Assembly (NCBI GenBank): GCA_964019425.1 | Contig: OZ025780.1 | Span: 372,001-436,000, forward strand | DNA: 64,000 nt | Direction of reading: 5' to 3' | Source of the DNA: Flectonema sp. DT1601 | Lineage: Eukaryota | In this document: positions 20,878 through 32,178 of the stretch, piece by piece | Layout: the number at the start of each line of letters is the position of its first letter | Numbering within the stretch: the stretch's first letter is position 1 | The notes under the pieces: generated by a model | What the model was told of the DNA's origin: nothing | Seen by the model: the letters and a program-made list of their open reading frames with translations, nothing else | Database searches by the model: none | Program-made: the position numbers and the translations under genes

Positions 20878-23800
20878 CTAGCTAGGTGTCATTAAACGAG
20901 AAGGCGTTGTCAACATACTCAGTCTGTCCCAGACTGGGGTTTCAGTCATGAGACCGCTGTCGTAGTGTTCAGAGCCGGGATCGATATAATTTGAAGTGTC
21001 ATCACCAAAGTATGGAACTGATGGAGGTGTTGGTAATCTAGACAGATTTGGAGAAGGAGACTCAACAGGATGAATTACCTGACTTGGAGAAACAGCATAC
21101 AAAACATCATGCGCTGCATGCATTTGAGACGCCAGTGAATTGACAACAGGAACACAACTACTCGGGACATCCACCACATGTGATTCCCCTGACATTAACG
21201 GGATTGAAACTTGACAAAATCCACTACTGTGACTGGATGGTAGGTCCTCCGACAGGTCACTCACTGGAAGTGAAACAACATTTAATACCCCACTTGACGT
21301 GTAACAAATACTAACAATATTATGATTTGAATTAATGTCGACTACTTTACCGACTACTCCAAGACTAGTTGAAAAGACTGTATTCCCAACAACGATTCCG
21401 TTATCAGGTACCAAGTCTCTGTATTCAACGCAAAATGTCTGCAGGTCAGTTGCTGAATTCGATGCTACGATGTAGCTTAGTGAAGTAGGGATGGTATGGT
21501 TTGAATATTTCTTTGGAGATGGCGTTATAAAAGGTGATGAGTGAGTCAGAGATGCATCAACAACAGAAACAACAGTTCCACAAACACCAGTTGACTTTAT
21601 TTTAACATTGTCACCAGACTTGAAAACTTTCACAGGGATTTGCTCGATAATTTCAGAGACAGAAACAGAATTAGGAATACCATCCACGAGTACTTTCAAA
21701 GTATTTTCGGACGGCACTTGAATTACCTCAACTTCTTTATTGTTGTTGAGCCTAACAACATCCCCAACTTTAATATTTGACAAATCCAACCCTTGAGACG
21801 TAATTTTAGATACAGCAGTACCCGCGACACTCATAGAAATAAAAGTCCCTTCTGGAACGTCTCTTAAAACCGGTAAACATTGTTCTTTTATATTATAAAA
21901 GAACCCTACAGTTGATACAGCGATACCAGTTGTTGTTGCTCGTGTGTGTAGTAGAACTGATCGTATTAAGGAAGACATACCATCAATAGCGACACAAGCA
22001 GAGACGTCATCAAATGGCTGACTGTTACTAGTTGGTAACGGAAGTACTTTCACGTCAGATAATTCACATAAAGAATTCCTACTTAGATAGTCATGTTGTG
22101 TTGATTCAGAGAAGATAATTCTAACTTTAGGAGGAATGTGGTTGTGAAACAACTCAGTGACAATACCAAAGCGAGCGGTTCCGAAATTTGGTTCCGAATG
22201 AACAAACGATCCTATTGAGATTAATGGACGATGTTGTAAGTCAGACAGATGAAGTTGTTGATTACTAACATTACCAAACTCATCACAGACAGCAACAAGG
22301 GCGTTATCTGAATCTAATAACGATAACACGGTTCCTACTAGACGAGTACTCTTTACGAATATTGAAGACCCAGACGACAATCTGGTTTTGGTCTTACTTT
22401 GTTGAACAGCTGCTATTTCAGTTATTCTAATCTCTGAAACCGATCCTTTGAAATCCTTTGAATTAATCGTTGGATAAATCAGGACACGATCATCACGTGT
22501 AGGTCGTATTATTGTACAAGTTGAAGCAGTGTTCTTATTTATGAATAAGGTCATTGAGATACAACGATCAGCGGCTACAGGATTCCACAATGACAAGTCA
22601 GATATTGATACGCCCCGTGTATACAACTCAGAAGTAACACTGTGAACGCACATCACTGTTGCAACGGTTCCGTTAATCGACGAGATCAGTCCTCCAGTTT
22701 CTGGTAAAAGTGGAGATGAGACGCAATCACCAATTTTAAAACTGGTGATTTCTAAAAATGAAATCACATCATCGACGGAAATATTGTGTTCCTGATTACT
22801 GCTATCAACAATACGAACCATCTTAGAAGGTAAAACACCAACAACTGAGGCCACACCATTTGACTTGGTAGTAATAGTCATACCAACAATTGATGTGTTA
22901 GTATTAACATTGGTTATTGATCGATAATTTATTTTTTGTAATGTCATTTCATTGGTGGAGTTAAACGTCGCTACGATCGCGGAATTGGTATTTAACGAGG
23001 TGATGTATCCTTTTTGATTATCATTAAAAACTATTTCTGATCCAAGAAGGGAAGTGTCAATCTTCACAGAGGAAATCTCATTCAGATTCACACTTCTCTT
23101 ATGATATGAACCCCGATCGTTTATTACGATTACGTCAACGTGGTCACCATCATTAATTGATGTCACAAATGATAATTTTTCATCAACCAAACACTGTGAT
23201 CCAATTAAACTACCAGAACTCTCCATCAGTGATATTTCAGACAAACGAACTGAACTAGTCTTTAGAACATCACCGATCACGACCGTCGCATGTGTCGAAT
23301 TAGTGCTTGTTATAAACCCCTTATTACAGTACTTTCCAATTATTGTATCATCAGTTTTTAACAAACTGATGGACGACAACGGAACTGACTTAGTCATAAA
23401 AAAACCATTCTCACCAATAGATGCGATGGTCAATGAATTTAATGAGATATTTGTTATGTAGTGTTTGGTATTGTCGTACTCACAGAGGGTTCCTGTCATG
23501 TTATTTGAATCCGATAACAGAGCAACGTCTGATATTGGAACCGTCTCTGCTTTTAACAAGCCATCTGTGATGGTAGCAACAGTAACCGCATCGGCTGATA
23601 ATCGTATTATAAACCCTTCTTGGGAATTCATAGTAAGACACTTGTTTCCTGTGATCGATTTGAATGAGTCGTTCATACCACGAAGCTCATTTAAAGGAAT
23701 GTTTGATACAGAGAAAGATCCATCAGAATTTAATCGTCCGACTGTTACTTCAGTAGCAGACATACTAATTAGATATCCTTCAGAATCATTAGTTTTGAAG

Positions 23801-26800
23801 TACCGTCCTAAGAGTGTTGATGGTGATGAGTTTATTGTAATTTCTGAATGGGGAATTTTCAAAATTTTCAGAGAACCATCAGAATTGATCCTTCCAATCG
23901 TAGCTTCAGATTTTGAAATATCAATTAAATATCCCCGAGAACCATTAACAGTACAACACTGTCCTTGTAATGTTGATGATGAAGTGTTTATGTTTAGTGT
24001 TGAGATTGGAACAGTAGACATTCTGAGAGTACCATCAGAGTTTACTAAGCAAACTGTCGCTTCTGTTTCTGAAATATGAACAACACATCCTTCAGAATCA
24101 CCAACAGTACACTGTTCCAGTATTGTTGAGTTGTTGTTTAGTTTAATGCTCGATAAAGGAACACTCACTACATTCATATTTCCTATGGAGTCAATCTTGG
24201 CTATCTTTGCTTCGTTATTCGAAACAGACAACACGAATCCTTCTACTCCGTCAGCAGTACATTTATTTCCTATAATCGATTTCGTAACATCGCCAAAACC
24301 GCTTAAGGTGCTTAGTGGAACTTCTTTAGTCATTAAGATTGAATCGTTTCTTGGATCAGTCGATTTATAAGCAATCGTGACGAGGTCTCCGTTAAACCCC
24401 GTGACGTAAACCTGATTGCCTTCATAGATACATTCTTGTCCTTGAATGTTATCATTATTATAACCTCCGTCAGTTACAATAAATATGTCTGATAAGTAAC
24501 ATCTTCGCAGCTCTGCGTTCCCTTCGTTTGCTACAAACATGACGTCTGCTTGTTCTTTATTTTCAATAATCGCACAAATAAAACCCTCACTGCCATTGAC
24601 AGAACAACTTTTTCCCACCAAAGATTGTGATTTTGGCAACAGAGAAAGAGTGAAATCACTACTCGAAGTGCTGCAGCGATGTAACTGTAACTGCCCAGAC
24701 AGAGACGTATTGACAACAGTGGCAGTGGTTGCTGCTATGCTAATTAAATACCCAAAATTGATGTCTGAAGAAGAACACGACACGGATTCCGACACCAATA
24801 CTAGTTTTGAATCACTGAGATTAGTATCAGTGATGTGAGTACTTCCAATGTGATTTAGTTGAAGACAGTTGTTGCTAAAAGAAGAGATCGATACAAACAC
24901 ATCATCGTAGTCGATATCAGAATACTGATACAGTTGGGAAATCATGTTCTTATCATCAGCAGTAGCTAAGTGTATGTCAGATTGATTTATTTCACTACAA
25001 GAAACTATGCCGTCTGTATCTGTGACTCCAAATACGACTACCGCGTTACTTGTTAAAGACACTACACACATTGAAATATCAAGTCGGTAATTAAGATTAC
25101 ATCCTTCATTTACCATAACATATTTTTCATTACTTCCATCTTGTATAATTAACTCTGACACTGACACTTCTTTTTCACCCGATGCCACTATTACGACTGC
25201 CAAGTTCGAATCCGGGTCAATTGATTTTATTCGGCAATTTTCTCCAGTTGATTCCACAGTAAATTGTATTTCAAATATGGATTCTGATTCGGGTAATTGG
25301 GACAACGGAGAGATAGAATTCAATGGTATGGAAGCTATTGTCAATCGAGAACGAGTGTCTAAACCAGCGACAGTAACAACGAAATGTTCTGCTGACAAAC
25401 CGCAGCTGCCAGTGACGATGGGAAAAGTCTCAGTTATTTCAGCTTGAATACCAGATATGGTTGCAGTGAATTCAGTTAGCGTCTCATCGAGATCCTGTTC
25501 TACCCCATCAGCTGTGATGGCATTCCAGTCAACATGTAAGTTACTTGATACGTCAGTCTTTACTATTCGTAGAAGAATAGTTTTGATCAAAATAATTTTA
25601 CCCGATAACTTACTACAACAATGAATTGATTTTCCCTGTTCCACTACAGTAACACTTTTGTAGTGGGCGATAGCGTTGCAGGAGTCAGCAGGAATTGATA
25701 TTTCAACAAGTTCTGGTGTTCTGAGTTGCTTTAAAAATCCATAAACAAATCCACTCGACTGTGGTAGCATGCAAAGTACTTCTGAAATGACTGGTTTAAT
25801 GAAACTAACAGGTATAGACACAGCTTCTGGTTGCTCAGAGAACTGATGCTTTACAACTTCCAATACATCTCCCTCAACACCACAAGTAAAACATTCGTCA
25901 ACTACCTGCAACGGAAGGTATAAAGTAGTGATATCATCATCTCTTAGGTAAGTAATAGATTCAGTAGGTGTGACGTATTGATTAAAGAATCTCGGAACAG
26001 AAACTTCCGAAATAGAAAGCTCCCGTTCACTCCCATCAGTTATATGTCTGGCAATGAGCGTCCCCTCATTAAATACAACCTGAAGAAGGTATAAGTCACT
26101 AGAAGAAGGAAGATTCTTATCCTTTGGTACACAACTACGAAGAAGTACTATCGTTGTATTTTTTGACAGTATTGGAGTTGTGGATTCCAGAGGTGGTCGT
26201 ATCTGATTAAGAGGAACAAGAGTAATCTCAATACCATCGTAGTGGTCGTCTGTTCCACTTTCACATGCGATCAAAGCTTCTTGATATCCAATGTTGCTTT
26301 CGACTATTTTTATAAAGTTACCAACACTCAGAATGTTTTCTTCTCCAGAATCAAACAAAACTGTACTCATTGGTAGGGGTGTATATATAATGAGATCAGA
26401 AATACTGCAAACTTCAGACTGAGTTCCGTCAATCGATGAATCGTTGTATGCAGTAATGGTTGCGTTACCACCTCCATCAATACTAGTCAAGGAATAGTAC
26501 TTTAACGGTGAAGGTGTTGGAGTTGTTGTCTTCAGTGTTATGATTCCTTTCCAGGGAGCTTCAACTATTCTTGATAAGACTCTTTGTTGTAATGGAATAA
26601 AACCTCCGAATCCTTCAATTAGTTTCACAATGAGATTACCTTGACTGTCAATTCTTGATCCCAGAATGCTTGCAGAACCTTCTGCAGTTCTTGAAATCGA
26701 CATAATGCTATAAACATTATCATCATTGACATTTCTTATAAGACTCCATTGTGATATTTTATATATCATTATTGACTTCACTGAGACAGTAGTGGTTTCT

Positions 26801-27228
26801 GTACCATCAGTTAGGAGTGCTTTTGCTTTTGAAGGATCTTTGTTGTTTGATTTTATTGTAATCGACTTGATGGCTGAAGTGGTGTTGGTTTTTTTATTCC
26901 AAGCAAGAGTGCCTTGAAGAGGGAGATCAGATGAGGATGAGTTGCTTTCGTCAAGTTCTTCAATTTCAGTTTCTTCAGCCTCCAGTAGTTCGATTGGATA
27001 ACAGTCTCGACGATCTGTTTCTTGGATTGCAGTTGTTCCAAGCAGCAGTTTTCCTTCTTCATTTCCTAAAACTACTGCCATCCTACCATCTGTTTTGTAT
27101 AACACAACACTCCCCACTGCTACTGAGTCTGCAGGAAGTTCCTTTCTGGTTGTTGTTGGAGGAGGTTCATCTCCATTTTCGGAGTCGCTTTTATCGTCCT
27201 TTTTCCTCTTCCCTACACATCCCCCCAT
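20878..27228 (-). CDS. 2116-aa N-acylated protein with tandem KOW/Tudor/SH3-like beta-barrel repeats
   Basis: MGGC start. ~46-aa repeats G-x2-C-x3-G-x-EG-[FY]-I-x2-S...G-x-L...VP[IL]S. KOW-like segments FKSGDNVKIKSTGVCGTVV and IKVGDVVRL. Confidence 0.7.
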   Translation of the reverse strand: MGGCVGKRKKDDKSDSENGDEPPPTTTRKELPADSVAVGSVVLYKTDGRMAVVLGNEEGKLLLGTTAIQETDRRDCYPIELLEAEETEIEELDESNSSSSDLPLQGTLAWNKKTNTTSAIKSITIKSNNKDPSKAKALLTDGTETTTVSVKSIMIYKISQWSLIRNVNDDNVYSIMSISRTAEGSASILGSRIDSQGNLIVKLIEGFGGFIPLQQRVLSRIVEAPWKGIITLKTTTPTPSPLKYYSLTSIDGGGNATITAYNDSSIDGTQSEVCSISDLIIYTPLPMSTVLFDSGEENILSVGNFIKIVESNIGYQEALIACESGTDDHYDGIEITLVPLNQIRPPLESTTPILSKNTTIVLLRSCVPKDKNLPSSSDLYLLQVVFNEGTLIARHITDGSERELSISEVSVPRFFNQYVTPTESITYLRDDDITTLYLPLQVVDECFTCGVEGDVLEVVKHQFSEQPEAVSIPVSFIKPVISEVLCMLPQSSGFVYGFLKQLRTPELVEISIPADSCNAIAHYKSVTVVEQGKSIHCCSKLSGKIILIKTILLRIVKTDVSSNLHVDWNAITADGVEQDLDETLTEFTATISGIQAEITETFPIVTGSCGLSAEHFVVTVAGLDTRSRLTIASIPLNSISPLSQLPESESIFEIQFTVESTGENCRIKSIDPDSNLAVVIVASGEKEVSVSELIIQDGSNEKYVMVNEGCNLNYRLDISMCVVSLTSNAVVVFGVTDTDGIVSCSEINQSDIHLATADDKNMISQLYQYSDIDYDDVFVSISSFSNNCLQLNHIGSTHITDTNLSDSKLVLVSESVSCSSSDINFGYLISIAATTATVVNTSLSGQLQLHRCSTSSSDFTLSLLPKSQSLVGKSCSVNGSEGFICAIIENKEQADVMFVANEGNAELRRCYLSDIFIVTDGGYNNDNIQGQECIYEGNQVYVTGFNGDLVTIAYKSTDPRNDSILMTKEVPLSTLSGFGDVTKSIIGNKCTADGVEGFVLSVSNNEAKIAKIDSIGNMNVVSVPLSSIKLNNNSTILEQCTVGDSEGCVVHISETEATVCLVNSDGTLRMSTVPISTLNINTSSSTLQGQCCTVNGSRGYLIDISKSEATIGRINSDGSLKILKIPHSEITINSSPSTLLGRYFKTNDSEGYLISMSATEVTVGRLNSDGSFSVSNIPLNELRGMNDSFKSITGNKCLTMNSQEGFIIRLSADAVTVATITDGLLKAETVPISDVALLSDSNNMTGTLCEYDNTKHYITNISLNSLTIASIGENGFFMTKSVPLSSISLLKTDDTIIGKYCNKGFITSTNSTHATVVIGDVLKTSSVRLSEISLMESSGSLIGSQCLVDEKLSFVTSINDGDHVDVIVINDRGSYHKRSVNLNEISSVKIDTSLLGSEIVFNDNQKGYITSLNTNSAIVATFNSTNEMTLQKINYRSITNVNTNTSIVGMTITTKSNGVASVVGVLPSKMVRIVDSSNQEHNISVDDVISFLEITSFKIGDCVSSPLLPETGGLISSINGTVATVMCVHSVTSELYTRGVSISDLSLWNPVAADRCISMTLFINKNTASTCTIIRPTRDDRVLIYPTINSKDFKGSVSEIRITEIAAVQQSKTKTRLSSGSSIFVKSTRLVGTVLSLLDSDNALVAVCDEFGNVSNQQLHLSDLQHRPLISIGSFVHSEPNFGTARFGIVTELFHNHIPPKVRIIFSESTQHDYLSRNSLCELSDVKVLPLPTSNSQPFDDVSACVAIDGMSSLIRSVLLHTRATTTGIAVSTVGFFYNIKEQCLPVLRDVPEGTFISMSVAGTAVSKITSQGLDLSNIKVGDVVRLNNNKEVEVIQVPSENTLKVLVDGIPNSVSVSEIIEQIPVKVFKSGDNVKIKSTGVCGTVVSVVDASLTHSSPFITPSPKKYSNHTIPTSLSYIVASNSATDLQTFCVEYRDLVPDNGIVVGNTVFSTSLGVVGKVVDINSNHNIVSICYTSSGVLNVVSLPVSDLSEDLPSSHSSGFCQVSIPLMSGESHVVDVPSSCVPVVNSLASQMHAAHDVLYAVSPSQVIHPVESPSPNLSRLPTPPSVPYFGDDTSNYIDPGSEHYDSGLMTETPVWDRLSMLTTPSRLMTPS

Positions 27229-27970
27229 CCATATGCTGGGGTGGCTATTGGAAAATAGTTAAAAATGTGTTGGAGCAGACATCAAAAAAAAAAAAAAAAA
27301 AAAGCATTTGCGGTTTTGGAATCTGTTTCTTTTTTTTTTTTTTTTTTTTTATTGTTTTCTTTTTTTTTTCATCTGTTTTGTTCAATAAAAAATGAATAAA
27401 AAAAAAAAAAATAATAATAAAAAAAAACCATATGCGATCGGACTTGAGAAGTTTTACTGCCTGAAGTAAGCACTAAAACAAACAACAAAAACAAAAAACA
27501 ACAAAATGCTGAAACACAAAGAACTGTTTATTGCCTGCGATCGAACTCTGTAAAAAGAGTAGAGGCACAATATCAAGCTAGTACAGTGACTACGGTTTAT
27601 ATTCACACTTTAATTTTTTTTTTTTCTAAGAATGAATAGCAAACTACGTGGAGAATTCTAATTACCAAACAGACAGAATAAACACAGTTAAGGTGGTCCT
27701 GAATAGGTATTAGTGCCGGGAGGATAACTTGATGCTGTAATTAATATAAATAAAAATCAACTTAATAAGTGACTAAGAAAATAAAAAAAATAATGTTCGG
27801 CTAAACCTGTTGCCATGTAAAAAAAAAGGGAGAGGGGATGCTAGGAAGGAGGTACCAAAAATACGCTCGATCCTCTTCAGCGAAAAAACCGAACTAGAAT
27901 AATAAAAGGGGACAAAAAAAATTTAAAAAAAAAAATGAAATCAACTACAATCACTGTTTCCTATTCATAT

Positions 27971-28343
27971 CTAGTACTTTGTGCAAACAGCTAGGCAGTA
28001 GAAAGTCAGTCCCATGGAGTTGCTGACTTGAGTCTGTTTTGATTTTTTTTTTTTTTTTTTTAAAACTATTCAAAAAAAACACAACAAAAACTTTTCATAC
28101 ATTAATCTGTAAGTCGTCGTCTGACAGTAGGCAGTAGTGAACCTTTACACATCCACTACCCTTTGCAACAGCCTCAGTCAGGACAGCTATTTTATATCCA
28201 TCTTGCTTCAGTATTTCAACAATCTCATTTTGGGCTCTCTTCGCCCATTCACCAGCCTCCGAATCCGACCAATCATTGTCTCCGATCACACGAGCGAGAA
28301 TTTCGTCGATTTCACGTTTCTTTTGTTCTTTGTCGTATCCCAT
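27971..28343 (-). CDS. Tctex-1 family dynein light chain; exons 28343-28101 and 28033-27971
   Basis: EIDEILARVIG..W....EIVEILK..GYKIAV pattern. The intron GTATGA..AAACAG (28100-28034) gives the C-terminus TQVSNSMGLTFYCLAVCTKY*, for a ~101-aa protein. Confidence 0.75.
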
Positions 28344-28769
28344 CTTTTTTTTTTTTTTTCTTTTTTTTTTTGTGTTAACACGAGAAAGTCTGTAAAAAAA
28401 AGAAGAAAAAAGTAATCACATAAAACCAGTTCCTTACACATGTATCAGTCAACAGTAAAAGTACCGACTAAAAAATCGTATCACATTTTTGCTGTTAAGA
28501 GTAAAAGCGTCGGATCTCTTGTCCCTTACGTACTCAATAGAGTAATCATTAAGTAAGGAATAACATCTGTGAAAAATTATGATTTTGGAGAAAAAAAACA
28601 CCCCTTTTAACTAAATCACAGTAAAGTAAAAACAGCTACGGATCGAGCACAACTCTGTTGGACGTCTTCGAGGACAGCTGGATCCGATTTCTTTACATTT
28701 TATAACCCTTTATTTAAAAATTTTTTTTTTTTTTTTAAAAGATGAGAATTGGGAAAAAAAACAAAAGAT

Positions 28770-28800
28770 TAGATAGATAGATAGAGACAGATAGATAGAT
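28770..28800. repeat. (GATA)n microsatellite
   Basis: agatagatagatagagacagatagatagat. Confidence 0.8.
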
Positions 28801-29149
28801 AAGGAAGTCCAATACATTGCATACTGTGCATCGCTGATACAGCAAATTAGAGAGCATCGGGTTAACTCCAATAGAGCTACGAGGACAACAGCAACGTAAT
28901 TAGACCCAATCTTATTAGGATTGTTTTATTATAGCTTCGGCTGACGGGGCATAATGAACACAGTATGCCTATTGTCAGCTTTCCACCTTGTCCGATTGTT
29001 GTCAGGAAGTGATGTTGAAAAGGCGTGGGGTCTTCGTTTTGGAATTGGTTCTTGCTTTCCGATTGTATCTAGAATGAGTCTGGTTGAAGTTTTCTTCAAC
29101 ACTCCTGTACTGACAGTCACTGTTGAAGTAACTGACTCAAAAGGTGTTA

Positions 29150-29530
29150 TTGATAAACTCTCAACTGGGATACAATAAAACTATCAGTCTCTGACGGTAC
29201 GCTAGGCTTGTCAGGCTGCTTACCGAAGACTGACTGGGGAACCAGGAGGAGTGCTCTTCCAACAGTTCAACAGCTGATAGGAGAGCTTGTTGCTCCGCAT
29301 TGTATATCATCAGTGCAAGTGTATAGCGCTTCCTCTTAGAGAAGCATTTATTTCCTATGATCAGACGGGCATCGATAATTCTGTTCTTTGTCTTGGAAAT
29401 AGGACGCGTCAGTGTATAGTCGGGCTATTGCCGGCGGGAGATTCTTCATTGTTGACAGAGCAGCTTCTAAGTTCTGAACAGGTTCCAAGGATTTACGGAA
29501 CTCTCTCCAGGGGTTGAAGGTTACATCTGG
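29150..29530 (-). pseudogene. Frameshifted RNase H-like relic, probably from a decayed retroelement
   Basis: LYTDASY (~29419), YNAEQQALLSAVELL (~29304) and TDSFIVSQL (~29188) occur in RNase H order but require frameshifts between them. Confidence 0.45.
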
Positions 29531-29829
29531 CAGTGATTTGAACGCAACGATGGAGTAGATAATAAGAAGAAGAACGAAAAAATAAAAAACAAAAACAAAA
29601 GAAGAAGATGATGATGTTGTTCAGAGACTAGTTTTTTTTGTTATTTTTTTTCCTGAGGCCACATGATGGCAGTATGCCGGTTGTACTGACCGAGGTTACA
29701 AAAACAAGCAACTATAGTGGTCGGGTTGGGTAACAAACAAAAACAAAAACATATCAACAAAAAAAAAAAAAAAAAAAAAAAAAAAACGTACAGTTTTCAC
29801 AAAAAATTCCTTTCCAACCAACTATATAT

Positions 29830-32178
29830 TTATGTATTTATCTCAGACATAGCAGTGCTTAGTTCTGCGTAGTCGATTATCCCATCACCATCCTTATCGA
29901 TGAGCGTAATGAGGGAAGTTATTTGATTGTGAGTAAGAGGAAAGCTATTCAACTTATTTAAAGCAACCAGAGCATGTTTAAAAGTATCAACAGCAATACC
30001 TGAATCATGTTTGTCAGCGAGGTCATGTCTGTGTTTGTAAAGCACGGTTAAGAATGCCTGTGAAAGACCTAAAGCAGCGCTAGTCTTATGCTCTGGAGTA
30101 CTGTCTGTGAATAAGATGCTGATGATCTTATTGACTGGAAGCCAGCCAATGTCGCCAGGCTCGTCAAGAGAGTCTCTGCGTTTTCCAACTTCCTCAGCGA
30201 CATCATCACAAAAGCAAGGAGCTACCCTGAAGTTGATATCCTTCATTGATTGGAGTAGGCCTGTTTTTGTAATCCAATTATCACAAAGAGCAGATTTCTC
30301 AACTGTCTCTCTCATCTTTTGTTCTGAAATGTTTAGAGAAGTCAATCTCTGTCTGATTCTTGCTAAACGTTCCCTTCGTCGGTCTTCAGCCCATTCTAAC
30401 TTTATAATGTCAGTTTCTTTATTATTTTTTGATATTAACAAATGATCACCTTCATGAGTACTGTAATGATCAATCACAGCATCGATTTGAACATTATCAA
30501 GGAACTCTTTTGGATACATGTCTCGTAGAATCTTCTTCATATCAAGAGGATTTAGGCTTCTTTGATTTAGTTCCATGTAACTTAATAGAATTTCAGAATG
30601 CCAAGTTCCCAATTTGCCTGTTGATAGAGATGGAGGGCTGCTTAAGTAATATTTAAAGAACTTTTTATAATTTATGGATTTTCCTCCGTCTACGAGGAAT
30701 GGTGCATTAACAGGATGTGCCGACGCGCTATAATATAAGAATGTCATATCAAGAATCATCGACATGAAATTCTCGCGACTTAGAATACCAATATCGTCAG
30801 GATCGTATAATCTGATGTGTGATTCTAATGAAGATCGACGTTGTTGAATCGCATCGATCACTTTGTCGGATTCGAACTTGTTGGCGTTACCATCCCAACG
30901 TAATCTTCCATTTGGAACAGAGTATTGATATGGTTCTCCTGTGTGATGCTGAATCGCAGAGTTGTGCGGATTGTCAGCTTCTAACAACACAGCAGGCCAG
31001 GTATACTGACGTGGTAAGTCAGGATCTTGAGATCCTGGTTTGGCAGAAGCATTTCCCTGTTCTGGTTCTTCAAAAATTAGAACACTTCCATCGTTTGGAT
31101 AGGCTCGGGTGTCAACACCTTCCCATTGTGTCCAGTAGTAGTTGGTTGCTGAGAAAACTGTAAAGACTCTTCCTTGATGGTTGATCGCCAAACCATCACG
31201 AGACTTACACTGATGAGATCTGACTAAGTATTTTACTCCATTTTCTTCAAGCCATGGGATTGAGTATTCTGATCCAAACAACCATCCAGCCCCTCTAGGA
31301 GAATCCGCCGTTGACTGACTTCCTTCAGCAGGATCAGCCCAAAGCAAATCAGTCACAATATTCCCTTGGCGTTTTGAAAGTTTTTCATCTTGGTCTGGAC
31401 CTCTGGGTATCTTCCTTAGATCGTTAATTGTTCCTTTGAATAAACCTCCATGAACAACAAATGCTTGATGCTTATTAATAACAGTCGCTAATGGAAGCCA
31501 CGTAAATATAGAACAAGCATAATCAAAAAATTGACAATTGTACTTCGCAATGCACTCGTCATAAAAACCGTATCTGATATTCAAACGACTGTCTTCATGA
31601 TTACCTCTGTTGATGTAGACAGCATCAGGTGTTGATAATTTTAATATTATAATTAACAAAAGTATTTCACAACCATTGTTTCCTCTGTCTACTAGATCTC
31701 CATTAAAAACATAACTGTAAGGCTCTCCTGGTAGACCATGCGTCTCTAAAATGTGAAGTAAGTCACCCAAAGAACCATGCAAATCTCCGACAACAATAAC
31801 ATTACCAGAAATATCTTGTACGGTTGGCTCTCGTTGAAAGAGAAGAGATCCTGCAGAGAGGACTTGCATTGCATCAATCAGAGGTATTCTCTTTCCTACT
31901 TTTAATTCTTCCAACAGCCGTATTACGGAACTGTGTGATAAACATGGAAGTGATCGAAGCGGTGGAGGAGGTGAATTCGGTGCGTGCGGAGTAGCATTTT
32001 CGAATTTTAAAACTTTCTGTAGAACCTCACGGAGTTCTTCCGACTCACTCGCCTGAACCTTTTGAAGCCGGGCATCGACGTTCCCATCGCCACCCCATCC
32101 TAATATTGTAGCCTTTGCAACGCAACCCCTCAGCTGAAGACCTTTTGGTCTAACTGCGTTAAAGAACAGCCTACGCAT
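29830..32178 (-). CDS. PPP-family Ser/Thr phosphatase with EF-hands (PPEF/rdgC-like); likely start MRRLFF at 32178
   Basis: Motifs GDLHG, GDLVDRG, RGNHE, HGG, DLLWADP, RSHQ and TVFSATNY, plus the C-terminal EF-hand DKDGDGIIDYAE. Confidence 0.9.
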   Translation of the reverse strand: MRRLFFNAVRPKGLQLRGCVAKATILGWGGDGNVDARLQKVQASESEELREVLQKVLKFENATPHAPNSPPPPLRSLPCLSHSSVIRLLEELKVGKRIPLIDAMQVLSAGSLLFQREPTVQDISGNVIVVGDLHGSLGDLLHILETHGLPGEPYSYVFNGDLVDRGNNGCEILLLIIILKLSTPDAVYINRGNHEDSRLNIRYGFYDECIAKYNCQFFDYACSIFTWLPLATVINKHQAFVVHGGLFKGTINDLRKIPRGPDQDEKLSKRQGNIVTDLLWADPAEGSQSTADSPRGAGWLFGSEYSIPWLEENGVKYLVRSHQCKSRDGLAINHQGRVFTVFSATNYYWTQWEGVDTRAYPNDGSVLIFEEPEQGNASAKPGSQDPDLPRQYTWPAVLLEADNPHNSAIQHHTGEPYQYSVPNGRLRWDGNANKFESDKVIDAIQQRRSSLESHIRLYDPDDIGILSRENFMSMILDMTFLYYSASAHPVNAPFLVDGGKSINYKKFFKYYLSSPPSLSTGKLGTWHSEILLSYMELNQRSLNPLDMKKILRDMYPKEFLDNVQIDAVIDHYSTHEGDHLLISKNNKETDIIKLEWAEDRRRERLARIRQRLTSLNISEQKMRETVEKSALCDNWITKTGLLQSMKDINFRVAPCFCDDVAEEVGKRRDSLDEPGDIGWLPVNKIISILFTDSTPEHKTSAALGLSQAFLTVLYKHRHDLADKHDSGIAVDTFKHALVALNKLNSFPLTHNQITSLITLIDKDGDGIIDYAELSTAMSEINT

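Noticed and set aside
28860..29550. snoRNA cluster or telomerase RNA
   Set aside because: Scattered TGATGA/CTGA words and hairpins are present, but box spacing is not canonical and there is no CUAACCCUA template; the RNase H relic explains the region better.
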